A DNA stretch of 64,000 bases from Albugo candida. Lineage: Eukaryota. The translations under genes and the position numbers were made by a program. Location: the NCBI GenBank assembly GCA_040437565.1, contig JBDOQK010000023.1, positions 372,001-436,000 of the forward strand, in the 5' to 3' direction. The notes beneath the pieces are model-generated. The model did not search any database. It worked only from the letters and a program-made list of their open reading frames with translations, and was not told the origin of the DNA. Shown piece after piece: positions 14,221-25,674 of this stretch. Position 1 is the stretch's first letter. Each line of letters begins with the position of its first letter.

Positions 14221-14437
14221 CAATGAATCTTAGCGCGACATTCGAGATACATTCATTTGTCAGTCATTCATCCACTTTAGCGAAATCAGTACTACCCTCA
14301 TTGACTCTTATTCCAAGTCGGGCACGCAAGCCTTCCTCATCAGTACTTTTGTACAGTCAATCAGTGACGTATACAGCTCCATGTGCGGTATATCCATCAC
14401 AGGACGCTAGAGACATTTACCGATTACTATTCGGTCA

Positions 14438-15033
14438 ATGAACTGGCTCTGTATAGTGATTTTTATTGCACTCACTGTAGCGATCGCGGACGATTGTCCG
14501 AAGCCGGCTTCCGTTTTTGCCCGAGAACTTTCCAGCCCTCCGGCCTGCTTATAGTTTGGGTTTTCTTTCAAGGAAGAGCTACTGCGAAGGAAAATCGATA
14601 TACAGCATCAAAAAGGTGTACAAATGCAACTTACCAGATCCGAACATTGATAACGCAGTGCCAAAACGTTAGAATCATGCTGAGAGGTTTCTCGCAAGAT
14701 ACGAGCAGTCATTTAGCAATTTCTAGGGTACCGTGCTCTCGCTAGTTGCTGCTGCGATCCAAAAGATCACATTGTCCGATCTTGCTTCGTCCATTAGTGC
14801 GGTCGTCGTATTCGGAGATCCTTCTCGACTCTGGGACTCTCTCCAGTGGCCAACTGATCCAGCTCTTGGATTCACTTGTCAGATTGATACAAGGGATGAT
14901 CCAGTTCTTCGAAGAAATTTGATTCTGTGAGTAGTCTTGGATATGAAACTGAAATCTCCGAGGCTGCAGCTTTCATGATCGATACCATAGACACCTTTTA
15001 AATCACTCGATCTCATCCGATCTGCAACCTCCA
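14438..15033 (+). pseudogene. Cutinase pseudogene, paralog of 5134-5789
   Basis: MNWLCIVIFIALTVAIADDCP..FAR then frameshift; CQNVRIMLRGFSQ, LSDLASSISAVVVFGDP, DDPV and YETEISEAAAF colinear with the intact gene; intron donor reads AT instead of GT; stops and frameshifts. Confidence 0.85.
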
Positions 15034-15067
15034 CGCGAAACTATCAAGCTGGACTTCTTTAATTATA

Positions 15068-15465
15068 ATATCGAGTCACATCGCCTCACATAGCGTATGT
15101 GAGAACTTGCCAGTGCCACGACTGGCTATTCCAAAAAACTTTCTATATAAATACATAACATCCTTGAATATATTCCATTAGGTGTTCGGAAGCAGCTGCC
15201 CAAGAATAACTCGAGGNNNNNNNNNNNNNNNNNNNNNNNNNNNNNNNNNNNNNNNNNNNNNNNNNNNNNNNNNNNNNNNNNNNNNNNNNNNNNNNNNNNN
15301 NNNNNNNNNNNNNNNNATATCGAGTCACATCGCCTCACATAGCGTATGTGAGAACTTGCCAGTGCCACGACTGGCTATTCCAAAAAACTTTCTATATAAA
15401 TACATAACATCCTTGAATATATTCCATTAGGTGTTCGGAAGCAGCTGCCCAAGAATAACTCGAGG
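15068..15465. repeat. Gap-flanking duplication (15068-15216 = 15317-15465)
   Basis: 149-bp direct copy across N-run 15217-15316. Confidence 0.9.
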
Positions 15466-15466
15466 G

Positions 15467-16737
15467 CTGAAGTTGCATTAATCCGCTCAGCTTATATCAA
15501 TGATCGCAACCATAAGTCACCTTTCTGTGAGGCCAGTGCAAGCAACGGGTCCATGCTTTCAAGCCGAGATGTGCTTTGATTTCGATAAAGTTGAGGCATC
15601 TCTATTCGCGGGAATATCTGAGAAAGAAAAGCGATGTATTTTCTTTGTCGTATCTTCTTCCAGAGTCGCACTATAGCGATAATCCTACACCATCTCTCAC
15701 CAGTGTAACAAAATCGTAATAAAAATGGTAGCTTCATTTTCTGGACATAAAACACCTAAGGCTCTTTATGTATTGGAAGAAACTATAAAAATCGAAAAGC
15801 TATTACAGCACGATGGACGCATGTTCCTTTTTAAATTGAAAACCGCTACTTTAAATCACAATATGCAAATCGTTGAACTGTAGAAAGAACATTGCAAGTG
15901 CACCTATGAAGAAAAAGCGCACCTGACCTTTTCAACTATGTGCGATAAAAGAATGGACAATCTTTGATAAAAGATTCGATCGTGATGCGTTATTGATACG
16001 CGGCAAGTGAGAGTTGTTTCCACTCACTTCGGAAAAGTTTGCACTCGACAATTTTCCTACTATCAGCTTTCAGCGTTTTATCCTCGGCCGTCTGCCCAAT
16101 CAACTATTCGTGCTTGCCCGTATATTAGCTGTCAACTCAGGATATCCGGACATTTTGCTTCAGAATGATCAAAAAGTTGATTCTACTGTTCTTTTCTGCA
16201 AAACTCACTAAGAGCTCACCTCCACCTCGAATTGACAATAATATACGGAGGTATGCCAAGTTATAAAACAAAAGAGAAGGAGAAACTGATATCATTTGTA
16301 GATCTCATGAACAACGCGGCGAGGAACTATCCGAAATCGAGACACCCGCTAGGTTGTTTGCCTCTACTGTGCAAAAAAGTGTACAGCCAAGTGATGCACG
16401 GACAACTGCAGCAGGCCCATCAGCACCTGCATCAGAAGAGCATTTCAATGCAGCCCTGCCAAGAGTACCATCCGTTCCACATTTACTTATACCGAAGACC
16501 GAGCCCGTTGAGCTAGTGAGCACTTATGCGGGATTGTCAAATGTTGTCGCGTACGAAGGACAAGCACCAGTACCGACGAAAAATAAAGAGGGTCAAGCTG
16601 CACCACGGAAAAGTTCGCGGAAAAGAGTACGGTCTGCTGGAAGCAGTGCGCAAGCCGGTCACATAAGCGAAACCGAAGACAGTCATAGTCATAAACGAGA
16701 TCACGGAGGAGTTAATCCAAGAATTCGGTTCAAATAA
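15467..16737 (+). pseudogene. Decayed secreted-protein-like gene (effector-like remnant)
   Basis: Chain of plus-strand protein-like reading segments broken by stops/frameshifts: signal-like ISMIATISHLSVRPVQA at the start, low-complexity C-terminus with basic RKSSRKRVR (ORF 16354-16737). Confidence 0.35.
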
Positions 16738-16849
16738 TGAAATTAGAGAAGCGCTGAATGGTTTTATTGGCCCATCCATCTTGATCGCATATACATATAT
16801 CATATGCAGCGCATCCATCGAGTAAGATGATGTTGTATTGAACTATCTC

Positions 16850-19800
16850 TGTGCTTCAATTGGCTGCTGCTTTCTTCATGTCACGTGTTCACTTGTATCA
16901 AGCAAGCTCTTTGCTCATCCCCATTGACCAAGTCTTCACATGTGTATGTCTTGCACGTGACGGTCTTCTATTGCGGTCCATCAAAGCACTTCATTTTGTC
17001 CTGAAATATGATCTTACACAACTACAGTATTTCCTATTTGCTGTCCACGCTGTCCGCCACACTAGATAGATCATCGCAATGCAAGAATGTGAGTCATGCT
17101 TGCAGTCCTCGTTGGCACACACAAAGCAATGGTTTGCGAGTCCTGGAGAGGAGCGTTAACAAGTTGCTAATCACTGATCCAACAAAAGTTCATTTAAATC
17201 GCTCGAGGGACGCTGCAAGCCTCTTGAGGGATTAAAAGTCACAAAAGTTGGACATTTTGGTGGTTAGGGGTGACGCCCTACCTGGGTCATGCCCACAGCG
17301 TCTAATTCTGACGGCTCTTAAATCCGATATTTCGAGACCCTCCAGCTCGGCACCTTCAATGTTCGAGATTAACCTCGAACATGAAGCAGACATGCTTGGG
17401 AAAAGATCGCGCGCGGTACAAACTGGACGTATGTGCTCTGCAGGAGACAGAAATGACGGAAGCTCTCGTCGACATCCGAAGGCCAACCGATCGAGTTATA
17501 CTTCTTCCTTCGGCAAACCCCTATTACGGCCGGGGATTCAATTTTTATCGATGGAGTTGCTAACCATGGGCATCGGTACTGATGGTCAGCGACCGCATCG
17601 CCGTATTACTACTAAACCTTTCAAAGCAAGTCAAGGTTACATTTGTCAACGTCTATGCTCCACACATGGGACGCTCTGCAGAAGAATCTGGTGCATTTTA
17701 CGACACACTTCAGCAAACAATTCAGCGTTTCCGTCACCAGCTTTTCTTCATTTTGGGTGACTTCAACGCCAAAATTGGGCAGAGATGCGAAGGAGAGACT
17801 TTGCTGGGTTTATACTCACGCGGATACCGAAACGGTAATGGCATCCGGCTCCGGGATTTCTGTGCGGAAAACGATCTCTTCCTCTCAAAAACAGCTTTGT
17901 ACAAGAAACGCGCACGCAATATCACCACCTGGCAAGGCATTAGCGGACGGGGTCCAATTCTCAATCAGATCGACTACATCATACTACCCCTACGCTTCAA
18001 GCTGCTTCTTCCCAATTCACAATCTTGGAGCGGGACACTTGTTGACAGCGATCATCGGCTTATAACCACACACCTTCAGCTGCCCAATGTCTATAAGATT
18101 CACAAGAACATCTCCCGCATGCAACCTTCGGCACTCACTTTTGACACTGCCCTCCTCCGGGATCTGGGCATACTTAATCTATACCAGCAATCCATCGCAA
18201 AGGTACTTGTCGCACCAGCACCTAATGAATGACTCGAATGGCCATCGGTACTCATTCGCATCAAAGCCATCGCTCCCACTACCATTCGACCCAAGATTGA
18301 TACCGTACAATGTCCCGATCACAATGATTAAATAGACGAACTTTCTCGCGCGCAAAGATATCTTCGTGCCCTGATCACCAGCAGCAATGACCCTGTTGAC
18401 CTAATTCTATATCGAGCTCGCCGAAAACCCCTGCTACGGACCATACGACAAAAGTGCAAGGAGGCTGGCAGACTTCGTGTAGCCCAGCACTTATAAATCT
18501 CGAAAAGTACAAATACACGGAGAGGGTGTATCATATAGTCCAATGGCTCACGATACGAAAGCGGCCAGCGTTGTTTATACGTGATCATGATTGGCGCATC
18601 ATTGGTGTTTCCAGGGAAACAGCCCAAGTCATCACGGAATTTCTGCGAGGCCAGTTCCACAAACCCCATCCTAGTGACGTCTCTGCTCTAACATAAAACA
18701 TGAAATTTTCTGTTACGGCGGAGGAAGTTACACAGCCATTTCGCTTTATAAAAATCAATCACGCACCTGGCGTAGTTCACATCCCAGCCGAATTACTTAA
18801 TTATAGTCACCCAGTGGTTTCCATCTCCTCGCTCGAGCAACCAATTGTCATATCCAGAACCCCACAACATCCCTGCGCGAATCCTTAATCATCGTGTTGT
18901 CACCACCGTTCCGAAGCCTAACAAACCGACGGGCAGCTGTGCCAACCTTCGACTGATCACCCTTCTCGGCACCACTCGTAAGACCATATCCACGATCATC
19001 CTAAATCGCATCCGTACAAAAGTGGATAAGTGTCTTTCGAGTCGCCTGCTGTACAGCATGCAGTCTGGGCACATAGATGGAATATCGCCCTGACGCGTCG
19101 CTTTCAGACCAATGTGTACATTCTAGGTATTGACCTCAGCAAAGCTTTTGAGACCATCGATCGACATAGATTGCTGATGGTTCTCGATTCGATCCTGGAT
19201 CCAGACGAGGTTCAAATGATAAAAGCCCTCCTTAGCGCCACGACTCTCCAACTCCGCCTTGGCATGAAATTCTACTCCAAATTCGCAAGTAATCATGGTA
19301 CCTCGCAAGGAGATGTGCTCCCCCGCTTTTGTTCGTGATCTACTTGGAAGCTGTACTATGCGATTTATGGCTGCACCTGGAGCTTTAAATGTGCGAGCTC
19401 AACGCCATTGTATTTGCCGATGATGTGGTTTTATTTCACCATGATCCTACTCGTCTCGAGCATATCCTTCTTGTTGCCCAGCGAGTATTCCGGGCATGGT
19501 CCTTGACCATCAATGTCAGCAAAACTGACCGAACGACTATTGCTCGTGCACCAAACACAACCAACGAAAGCTGGCGTACCGTTCGCAAATCGCAAACTGG
19601 GATAACTACTTGGCGACTTCGAAGACGTACAGCAGCGTAAATCCATGCAGCAACTGCCTTGAAAAGGTTTTGGAAACTATGGATTCATTCTCGCCTACTT
19701 CCAGAAACACTACGCGTTCGCTTATACAATGTCTATGTGCTACCTATTTTGCTATACAACTGCGGAACATGGGGTCTCACAGACCGCGACATCGCCAGTC

Positions 19801-22300
19801 TTGAAGCGTACCACCGTCGCCACCTTCGTCGCGTCCTCCGCCTCCACTACCCTCAACACATCAACAACGCAGATCTGTACAAGCGCTGTAACACAACACC
19901 GCTGTGAATCCATCTGACGAGGTCTCGATCGAGACTCTTCGGTCATATTCTTCGCCGGGCACAGCCTACTGCAGTTCAACTGAGCATGCTTCGATACTAT
20001 AATTCTGCTGGTAATATGCCGACTCATCTGAGCCGTACACCTACCTTCCCCCCAACCATTCTCGACAAAAACCTAAGGCTCGACCTAACTTCCAGTCTAC
20101 GTCTACGCAATACAGCAGATCTAAACGCCCTGTCAATTATAGCACAATACCGCGCCATATGGAAAGAACTTACTCAGCGTCTCTGCCATAGCCAGAACTT
20201 CATTTACCGGAATAAAGAAATAATCAGGCGTAAGCGAAAGCTAGAGTCTGATAATACTGACTCAATGCCGCCGCGAAAAATCCCATAATAATAATAATAA
20301 AAGTTGGAACATTTCGTCCTTAACAATTTAGGAATACTCGTTTCCCTTGCTTCAATCTGTTTTTTCACACCTTGAATGCTTCTTACTTGTGCTCGGCTAA
20401 ATCCAAAGACAAACCAAAACATCAGGTGAATACGCTGCAGTAACTGGAAAGCGTTATACGACTCGTAAGCGATCCCTCTTCTCCTTGATTTGAGTAATCA
20501 AGCCAAGTTTCGACCTGTCTCGACTGATGCAAAATGAAAAAACTGAACGTCGAGTGGATACGCTTTAGTAGCTGAGAAAGTACTACTACGAATTCTTCTC
20601 ATCAAGAGTTCCACAACCATCCCTGATGTAATGAGCACTTCTAAGGGATAGAATTGTCTACGATTGCTCCCCTGATAAGCCAGCTTCCAATATATTCCAA
20701 AAAGTGAGCTGATTAGTTTCTCAATAGCTATAACGAGAGCTTCAGGAATTGCTCTGTCCACTAAGAAACTATTTTTGGAGATTTTGCCTACTCGGATCTC
20801 GAATGCAGCACTGAAATGCACTACTTTGTTGCAATGGAACCTCATTGGGTGGTGAATCATGTGGTACTGATGTCGTTTTGATACATTTAGATTGTCGGTT
20901 CAAATGCTGCAGTCCATCGGATAACATAGATCAATTCTTATTTCTACCGAGAAGACGTTTCAACTTCTTGTACCATCTTTCCATGCTAATGCGAGATACG
21001 ACGGTAAATATGCCCATCGACTCTTGAGGTTTAAAGAATATTTGATAGGCTATGGTGGATCCGTTGTTGTAGTGAATTACGTTTCAGCTTGGAAGGAAGT
21101 TATAGTAAAGCGTTCACTTGCAGCAATTCAAGTAATTGGCATAAAAGGCCCCTTAGTGCATGAAAGTTGATCCGAAAATAGACGCTCAGCTTGTCAAAAT
21201 CATATAAACATTAGCAGCATCCTTAGCCAACGGAAGGATCAATCACCTCTCCACATTTAGTTTTATAGTCGGATCAATCTGCTACTCAAAGGATCATGTC
21301 GAAGTATATACGAATGCTTTTATGAAATAAGGCACAAAATTGAGGGTATCAGGTCGCGATTTAAAACTCAATTGGTATCTGATCATAAAGCGCAACTGAA
21401 TGTACCTTGAATAGTTAAAAAGTTCCAGATTGTAGTTTTGAGTTTGGCTTCATCAAGGAGGAACAGCGTCTTACTGTACGCACACTATCGGGCTGTCTTT
21501 ATCATTGCTTACCCACCTACTTTGAATACTACATCGTCATGATGTTAGTTGCAGTGTCCTAGTCAGATGATCAACGTATATTACAGCTACGGGACTTAAG
21601 TAATCGCGATGTCGGAGGATGCTTGCCTCCCCAAGTTGCCTCCCCATGTTTACCTCTGTTCCTCCATCCAAGTCAATTCATATTAGTGTTTTTAATCAGT
21701 ACGGTATTTATTGGGTGGGAAGAATGGAGGGACTTGCTGCCTAATATGTCATGTGAGTATAAGACTGTCTTCTTCATTCTACTTCTCTTACGTGTCCAAT
21801 AACCGCATTTATCTTATTCGAAAGTAAATCCGATTAAAGGTTAACTAATTGCCTCATCTGTAAACGAAATGGATCGTTCCGCATCCTCGAAGTACTTCCA
21901 GTATCAAATATTGAATTTGAGAGCTTCTCTATCAAATTTGCGGTATCTCAATGCTGCGGAATCTCGAGGCTGACAAGAAAGGACTGATAATTGCATGTCA
22001 CGAGTGAAGGTATACTATTGGCAATTATTTGTGTCTCCGAAAAGAAACATAATTGTGCAGGCTATATGCGGCGGCAAGTAATCGCGTACACTCACAATTA
22101 ATCCATATCTCGTTCAGTTTCATGAAATTTTTGGATGCTGCTTCGTTTTATCGTGATTTTCATCTGCGCATACCATTCATGCATGTGTTGTATCGGTCTA
22201 TACTAATTTGAATGCGGACATGATGAAAAAAATTTCAACTCGTGCTGTTGTATGCCAATATTCGTCAGTACAAAGTCCATATATGACGTTCGGATCTCAA
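16850..22300 (-). mobile_element. Eroded Ty1/Copia element interrupted by a LINE
   Basis: Minus strand in Copia order: integrase echoes AYSLHNYVSFRRH and TANLIEK (~21930-22080); RT echoes YKTKCGEVID, GINF, IFFKPQE, WYKKL, KRVF (~20320-21270); RNase H echoes IIFQDK and SRARHTHVK (cf. SRTKHID) at ~16930-17030 beyond the LINE. Confidence 0.55.
17258..20298 (+). mobile_element. RTE-like non-LTR retrotransposon (APE endonuclease + RT), near full length, inactivated
   Basis: LGTFNVR, CALQET, NVYAP, GDFNAKIG, NQIDYI, SDHR (APE); DLSKAF, GTSQGD, FADD, PILLYNCGTW (RT and C-terminus); (TAA)5 tail 20286-20300; TSD AAAAGTTGGACATTT (17243-17257) / AAAAGTTGGAACATTT (20299-20314); multiple stops and frameshifts. 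Confidence 0.92.
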
Positions 22301-22959
22301 ACATTATAGTAGCCACCTATAGTGTATTCTGAAGTATTACAATGTTTTTTTCGCTCTATTCATCGTGCAGCCGGAAGTGTGACGGTTTATGATGCTTTTT
22401 TCTTGATGACATCTCTTCAGGGAATAGCTGACACTCCAGAGATGTGATAACTTTTGCCTGCGTGTACACCAATATATGTTCGGTATTACTTCGAGTTTGG
22501 TTCAAATGTTTGCATCGAAGGTATCATCTCGGCCCTTGGTTATAGATACGGCTACCGATTTTGTGACTTCTTGCCATGTTTCTCGTGAGTGATGTGATCA
22601 AAGCTGACTCACTGAAATTGACTTAAGTATATTGATATTCGTGAAAAACACGCATTGGTAGTTGTCACTAACGAACTCCGTGACTACTTCGACAAATGCA
22701 TAAGTCAGATGTAATTGTATTGATTCTTGATGCGTTACAAAGTGATGGATCGGATCACTAAGTGCAGTTGTGCGCTTAGCGAAACACTATGTCGGAACTG
22801 TATCGAGTTACATCAGAGTCAATCATGCATTAAATCGATTTTAAGTAACTTGCTCATACTGTTCGATAGAATGGTTTGAATCGAGAATCATTACGTGTAG
22901 TGTAGGTGCACTACGCGGTGTTGTGGTATTTTGATCTTTTTACTACAGATTTTGCAACA

Positions 22960-23323
22960 CTGTGCTCGGTGTTATTGACGAGGATTGTCCTTATGAACGT
23001 TTGCATCTCAGGGATTTTCCAATCCCCTGGTTTTAATACATCGACGCTGCCGCCCATTGACCTTCATTCCCGAAATTAATCGGCTTTTTTGNNNNNNNNN
23101 NNNNNNNNNNNNNNNNNNNNNNNNNNNNNNNNNNNNNNNNNNNNNNNNNNNNNNNNNNNNNNNNNNNNNNNNNNNNNNNNNNNNNNNNNNNCTGTGCTCG
23201 GTGTTATTGACGAGGATTGTCCTTATGAACGTTTGCATCTCAGGGATTTTCCAATCACCTGGTTTTAATACATCGACGCTGCCGCCCATTGACCTTCATT
23301 CCCGAAATTAATCGGCTTTTTTG
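22960..23323. repeat. Gap-flanking duplication (22960-23091 vs 23192-23323) with one mismatch
   Basis: 132-bp copy across N-run 23092-23191; C23025 vs A23257. Confidence 0.9.
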
Positions 23324-23700
23324 TTTAATCTCTAATTCACTGATGAAGATGTGTTTGGATAATCGAGATTGTATGGTCGCTTCAATAGTATGACTATACA
23401 ATCTGAGTAGTCTTGCATTAACAAACACAATGGCCTAGACTGCATCCGCTAAAGGCGACAAATTCGTAAGAGCTGTCCACTAATTACAAGGCATTCGTTT
23501 CACTCTGTACGTGCTTGCTTTTAGATGAGACTCTATTGACGTAACATCTGTGGGGAAATGGGCGCGATATGAAAAGGCTCCGCATTTCTTATCTCCATTT
23601 CCACTATACGTGAAAAATGCGCGAAACGTTACCAATAAGGAAGTGTATGCGCAATTAATCGAATACTTGTACCATTAGCGCTGCGTCAGATCCCTTGATA

Positions 23701-23848
23701 ACTAGTATAACCGGTATCTGACCANNNNNNNNNNNNNNNNNNNNNNNNNNNNNNNNNNNNNNNNNNNNNNNNNNNNNNNNNNNNNNNNNNNNNNNNNNNN
23801 NNNNNNNNNNNNNNNNNNNNNNNNACTAGTATAACCGGTATCTGACCA
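23701..23848. repeat. Gap-flanking 24-bp duplication
   Basis: ACTAGTATAACCGGTATCTGACCA on both sides of N-run 23725-23824. Confidence 0.9.
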
Positions 23849-23874
23849 CTGAAGAACTCCTCGCCACAACAATC

Positions 23875-24591
23875 ATGGCAATCAGTCTTTCGACTCTGTC
23901 AACTCGTGCACGGATGATTTCGGCATATAAACTTCCGCTACATAGAATAAGCTTCTCATCATTACCAGCATCACCGCCAAATAAACCAAGTTGGACCAGT
24001 GTCTTTGATAAGCTTGCGAATACTTTTTTCTTGGGTGACGTGGCACGCGCGACGTGGCTCGCATGGGAAGTTCATTTAGAGAAAAAAGTGACAGTAAATT
24101 ATCCATTTGAAAAAAATTATCTAAGTCCACGTTTTCGTGGGGAGCATGCGCTACGCCGGTATCCAAGCGGAGAAGAACGGTACATCTCAAACTGTATCGC
24201 GTCAACGAACCAATGACAACGGCTGTATTTGTAGTTGTATTGCGTGCAAATTATGTGAAGCAATTTGTCCTGCTCAAGCCATCACAATTGAGGCTGTAAG
24301 ATGTCTCAACGTTTGCTGTCTATTCGCTAAATTGCAGTGTCGGCGTAGGAAGCTCGGGCTGATGGAAGCCGACGAACGACTCGATACGATATCGATATGA
24401 CCAAGTGCATTTACTGTGGATTTTGTCAGGAAGCGTGTCCTGTGGACGCGATCGTCGAAGGACCAAATTTTGAATTTGCCACTGAGACGCATGAAGAACT
24501 ACTGTATGATAAAGCAAAATTACTTGCAAATGGCGACAAATGGGAGTATGAAATCGCACAAAATTTAGCGACTGAGCAGTTATATCGATAG
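23875..24591 (+). CDS. NDUFS8: NADH:ubiquinone oxidoreductase TYKY/23 kDa Fe-S subunit, mitochondrial; exons 23875-24179, 24235-24295, 24349-24591; ~202 aa
   Basis: [37 protein letters not shown] and [16 protein letters not shown] 4Fe-4S motifs; Arg/Ser-rich presequence; two GT-AG introns in frame. Confidence 0.96.
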
Positions 24592-24662
24592 GAAGTGAGC
24601 TGCAAATGTAAAAAGTGCGAATGCAAATGAATGCTATTGCTGAGTTGTGTCTCTTTGCATCA

Positions 24663-25067
24663 TTACAGATTTTCGGGTGCTGCGATTGTAAATTTGATAT
24701 TCACGTTTGTCTTGCCGACATATCGATATGGGTCCTTGCTATCATCACAAGTGCCTGTACTAGTGTCATAGATAATTGTTGTGCCTGTAGTCTCTTCGAC
24801 CACCCCATGAAGCAGAAATTCACCGATACGAAGTCTAGGCGCAAGCGTATCGATACCCTCCAAAGTACATGTTTCATGCTGATCTAAAATAGAATGGTCT
24901 TTGAGGTCGACTAGATCCAGCACAAGTAGAAGATCTTCCTCTTCATCCTCAATAGGGATACCATTGCTTCCAACCGCATCTATTTCACAAGCCTCGACAT
25001 TAGTCTCGTTTTTTCGCGCTACTTCGCTTTCTGCTTTCTCTGTGGATGCCAAAGGTGTTGTCATCAT
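24663..25067 (-). CDS. TFIIIC subunit 6-like (triple-barrel domain) protein, ~134 aa
   Basis: Acidic stretch then EEEDLLLVLDL...LEGIDT.AP.LRIG...G..EET.GT.I pattern, resembling the TFIIIC_sub6/GTF3C6 domain. Confidence 0.7.
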   Translation of the reverse strand: MMTTPLASTEKAESEVARKNETNVEACEIDAVGSNGIPIEDEEEDLLLVLDLVDLKDHSILDQHETCTLEGIDTLAPRLRIGEFLLHGVVEETTGTTIIYDTSTGTCDDSKDPYRYVGKTNVNIKFTIAAPENL

Positions 25068-25674
25068 TTATATGACTGAATACATTGCTCAAGTGACAGT
25101 AATATCGATTTATACAGTACAGAATATATTAATGTACTTCGACAGAATGATTTTGAGATCCACCCGTCTAGAGCCGTGCTCTCGACGAGATTCGGCAGAA
25201 ACCTAGAATGATACCCGTTTTACCGGCTGAAGCGAAATTAAGCAGCTGCATAACCGATCAGTACATCCATTACAAATGTCCAATTTCTTGACCGCTGTAT
25301 GCAATAAGAACTCATAACGACTCACTGCTTGCGAACGTTGAGACGTATCACTCCCAATACGAACAACCCAAGGATGCATTTACAAGCTCCTCCCTGTTGC
25401 CACGTTTCATGAACATGAGCCATGAGAGCGATAGTGTCTCAGAAATTTTGCTTTTTAAAGCTTTCCGCTCTAATTCACGAGGTGTCCTATTCATTCAATT
25501 ATCCGCTCCATTTCCTATCGACTCCAAAAAATCCCTACTTGGCGAACGCGTTTGGTTAACGGTAATTACTTGGTAATGAATTGTAGCGTCTACGATCATT
25601 TCCACCACTTCTGCGAGTCGCATTGTTATTTATATCTATTATGGTCCTTACACGTGCGACTTTATATCAGAGAA

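Noticed and set aside
25552-25580. X-box-like GTTAACGGTAAT upstream of CFAP61
   Set aside because: Imperfect match, not seen upstream of IFT81, and no evidence for RFX regulation in this lineage
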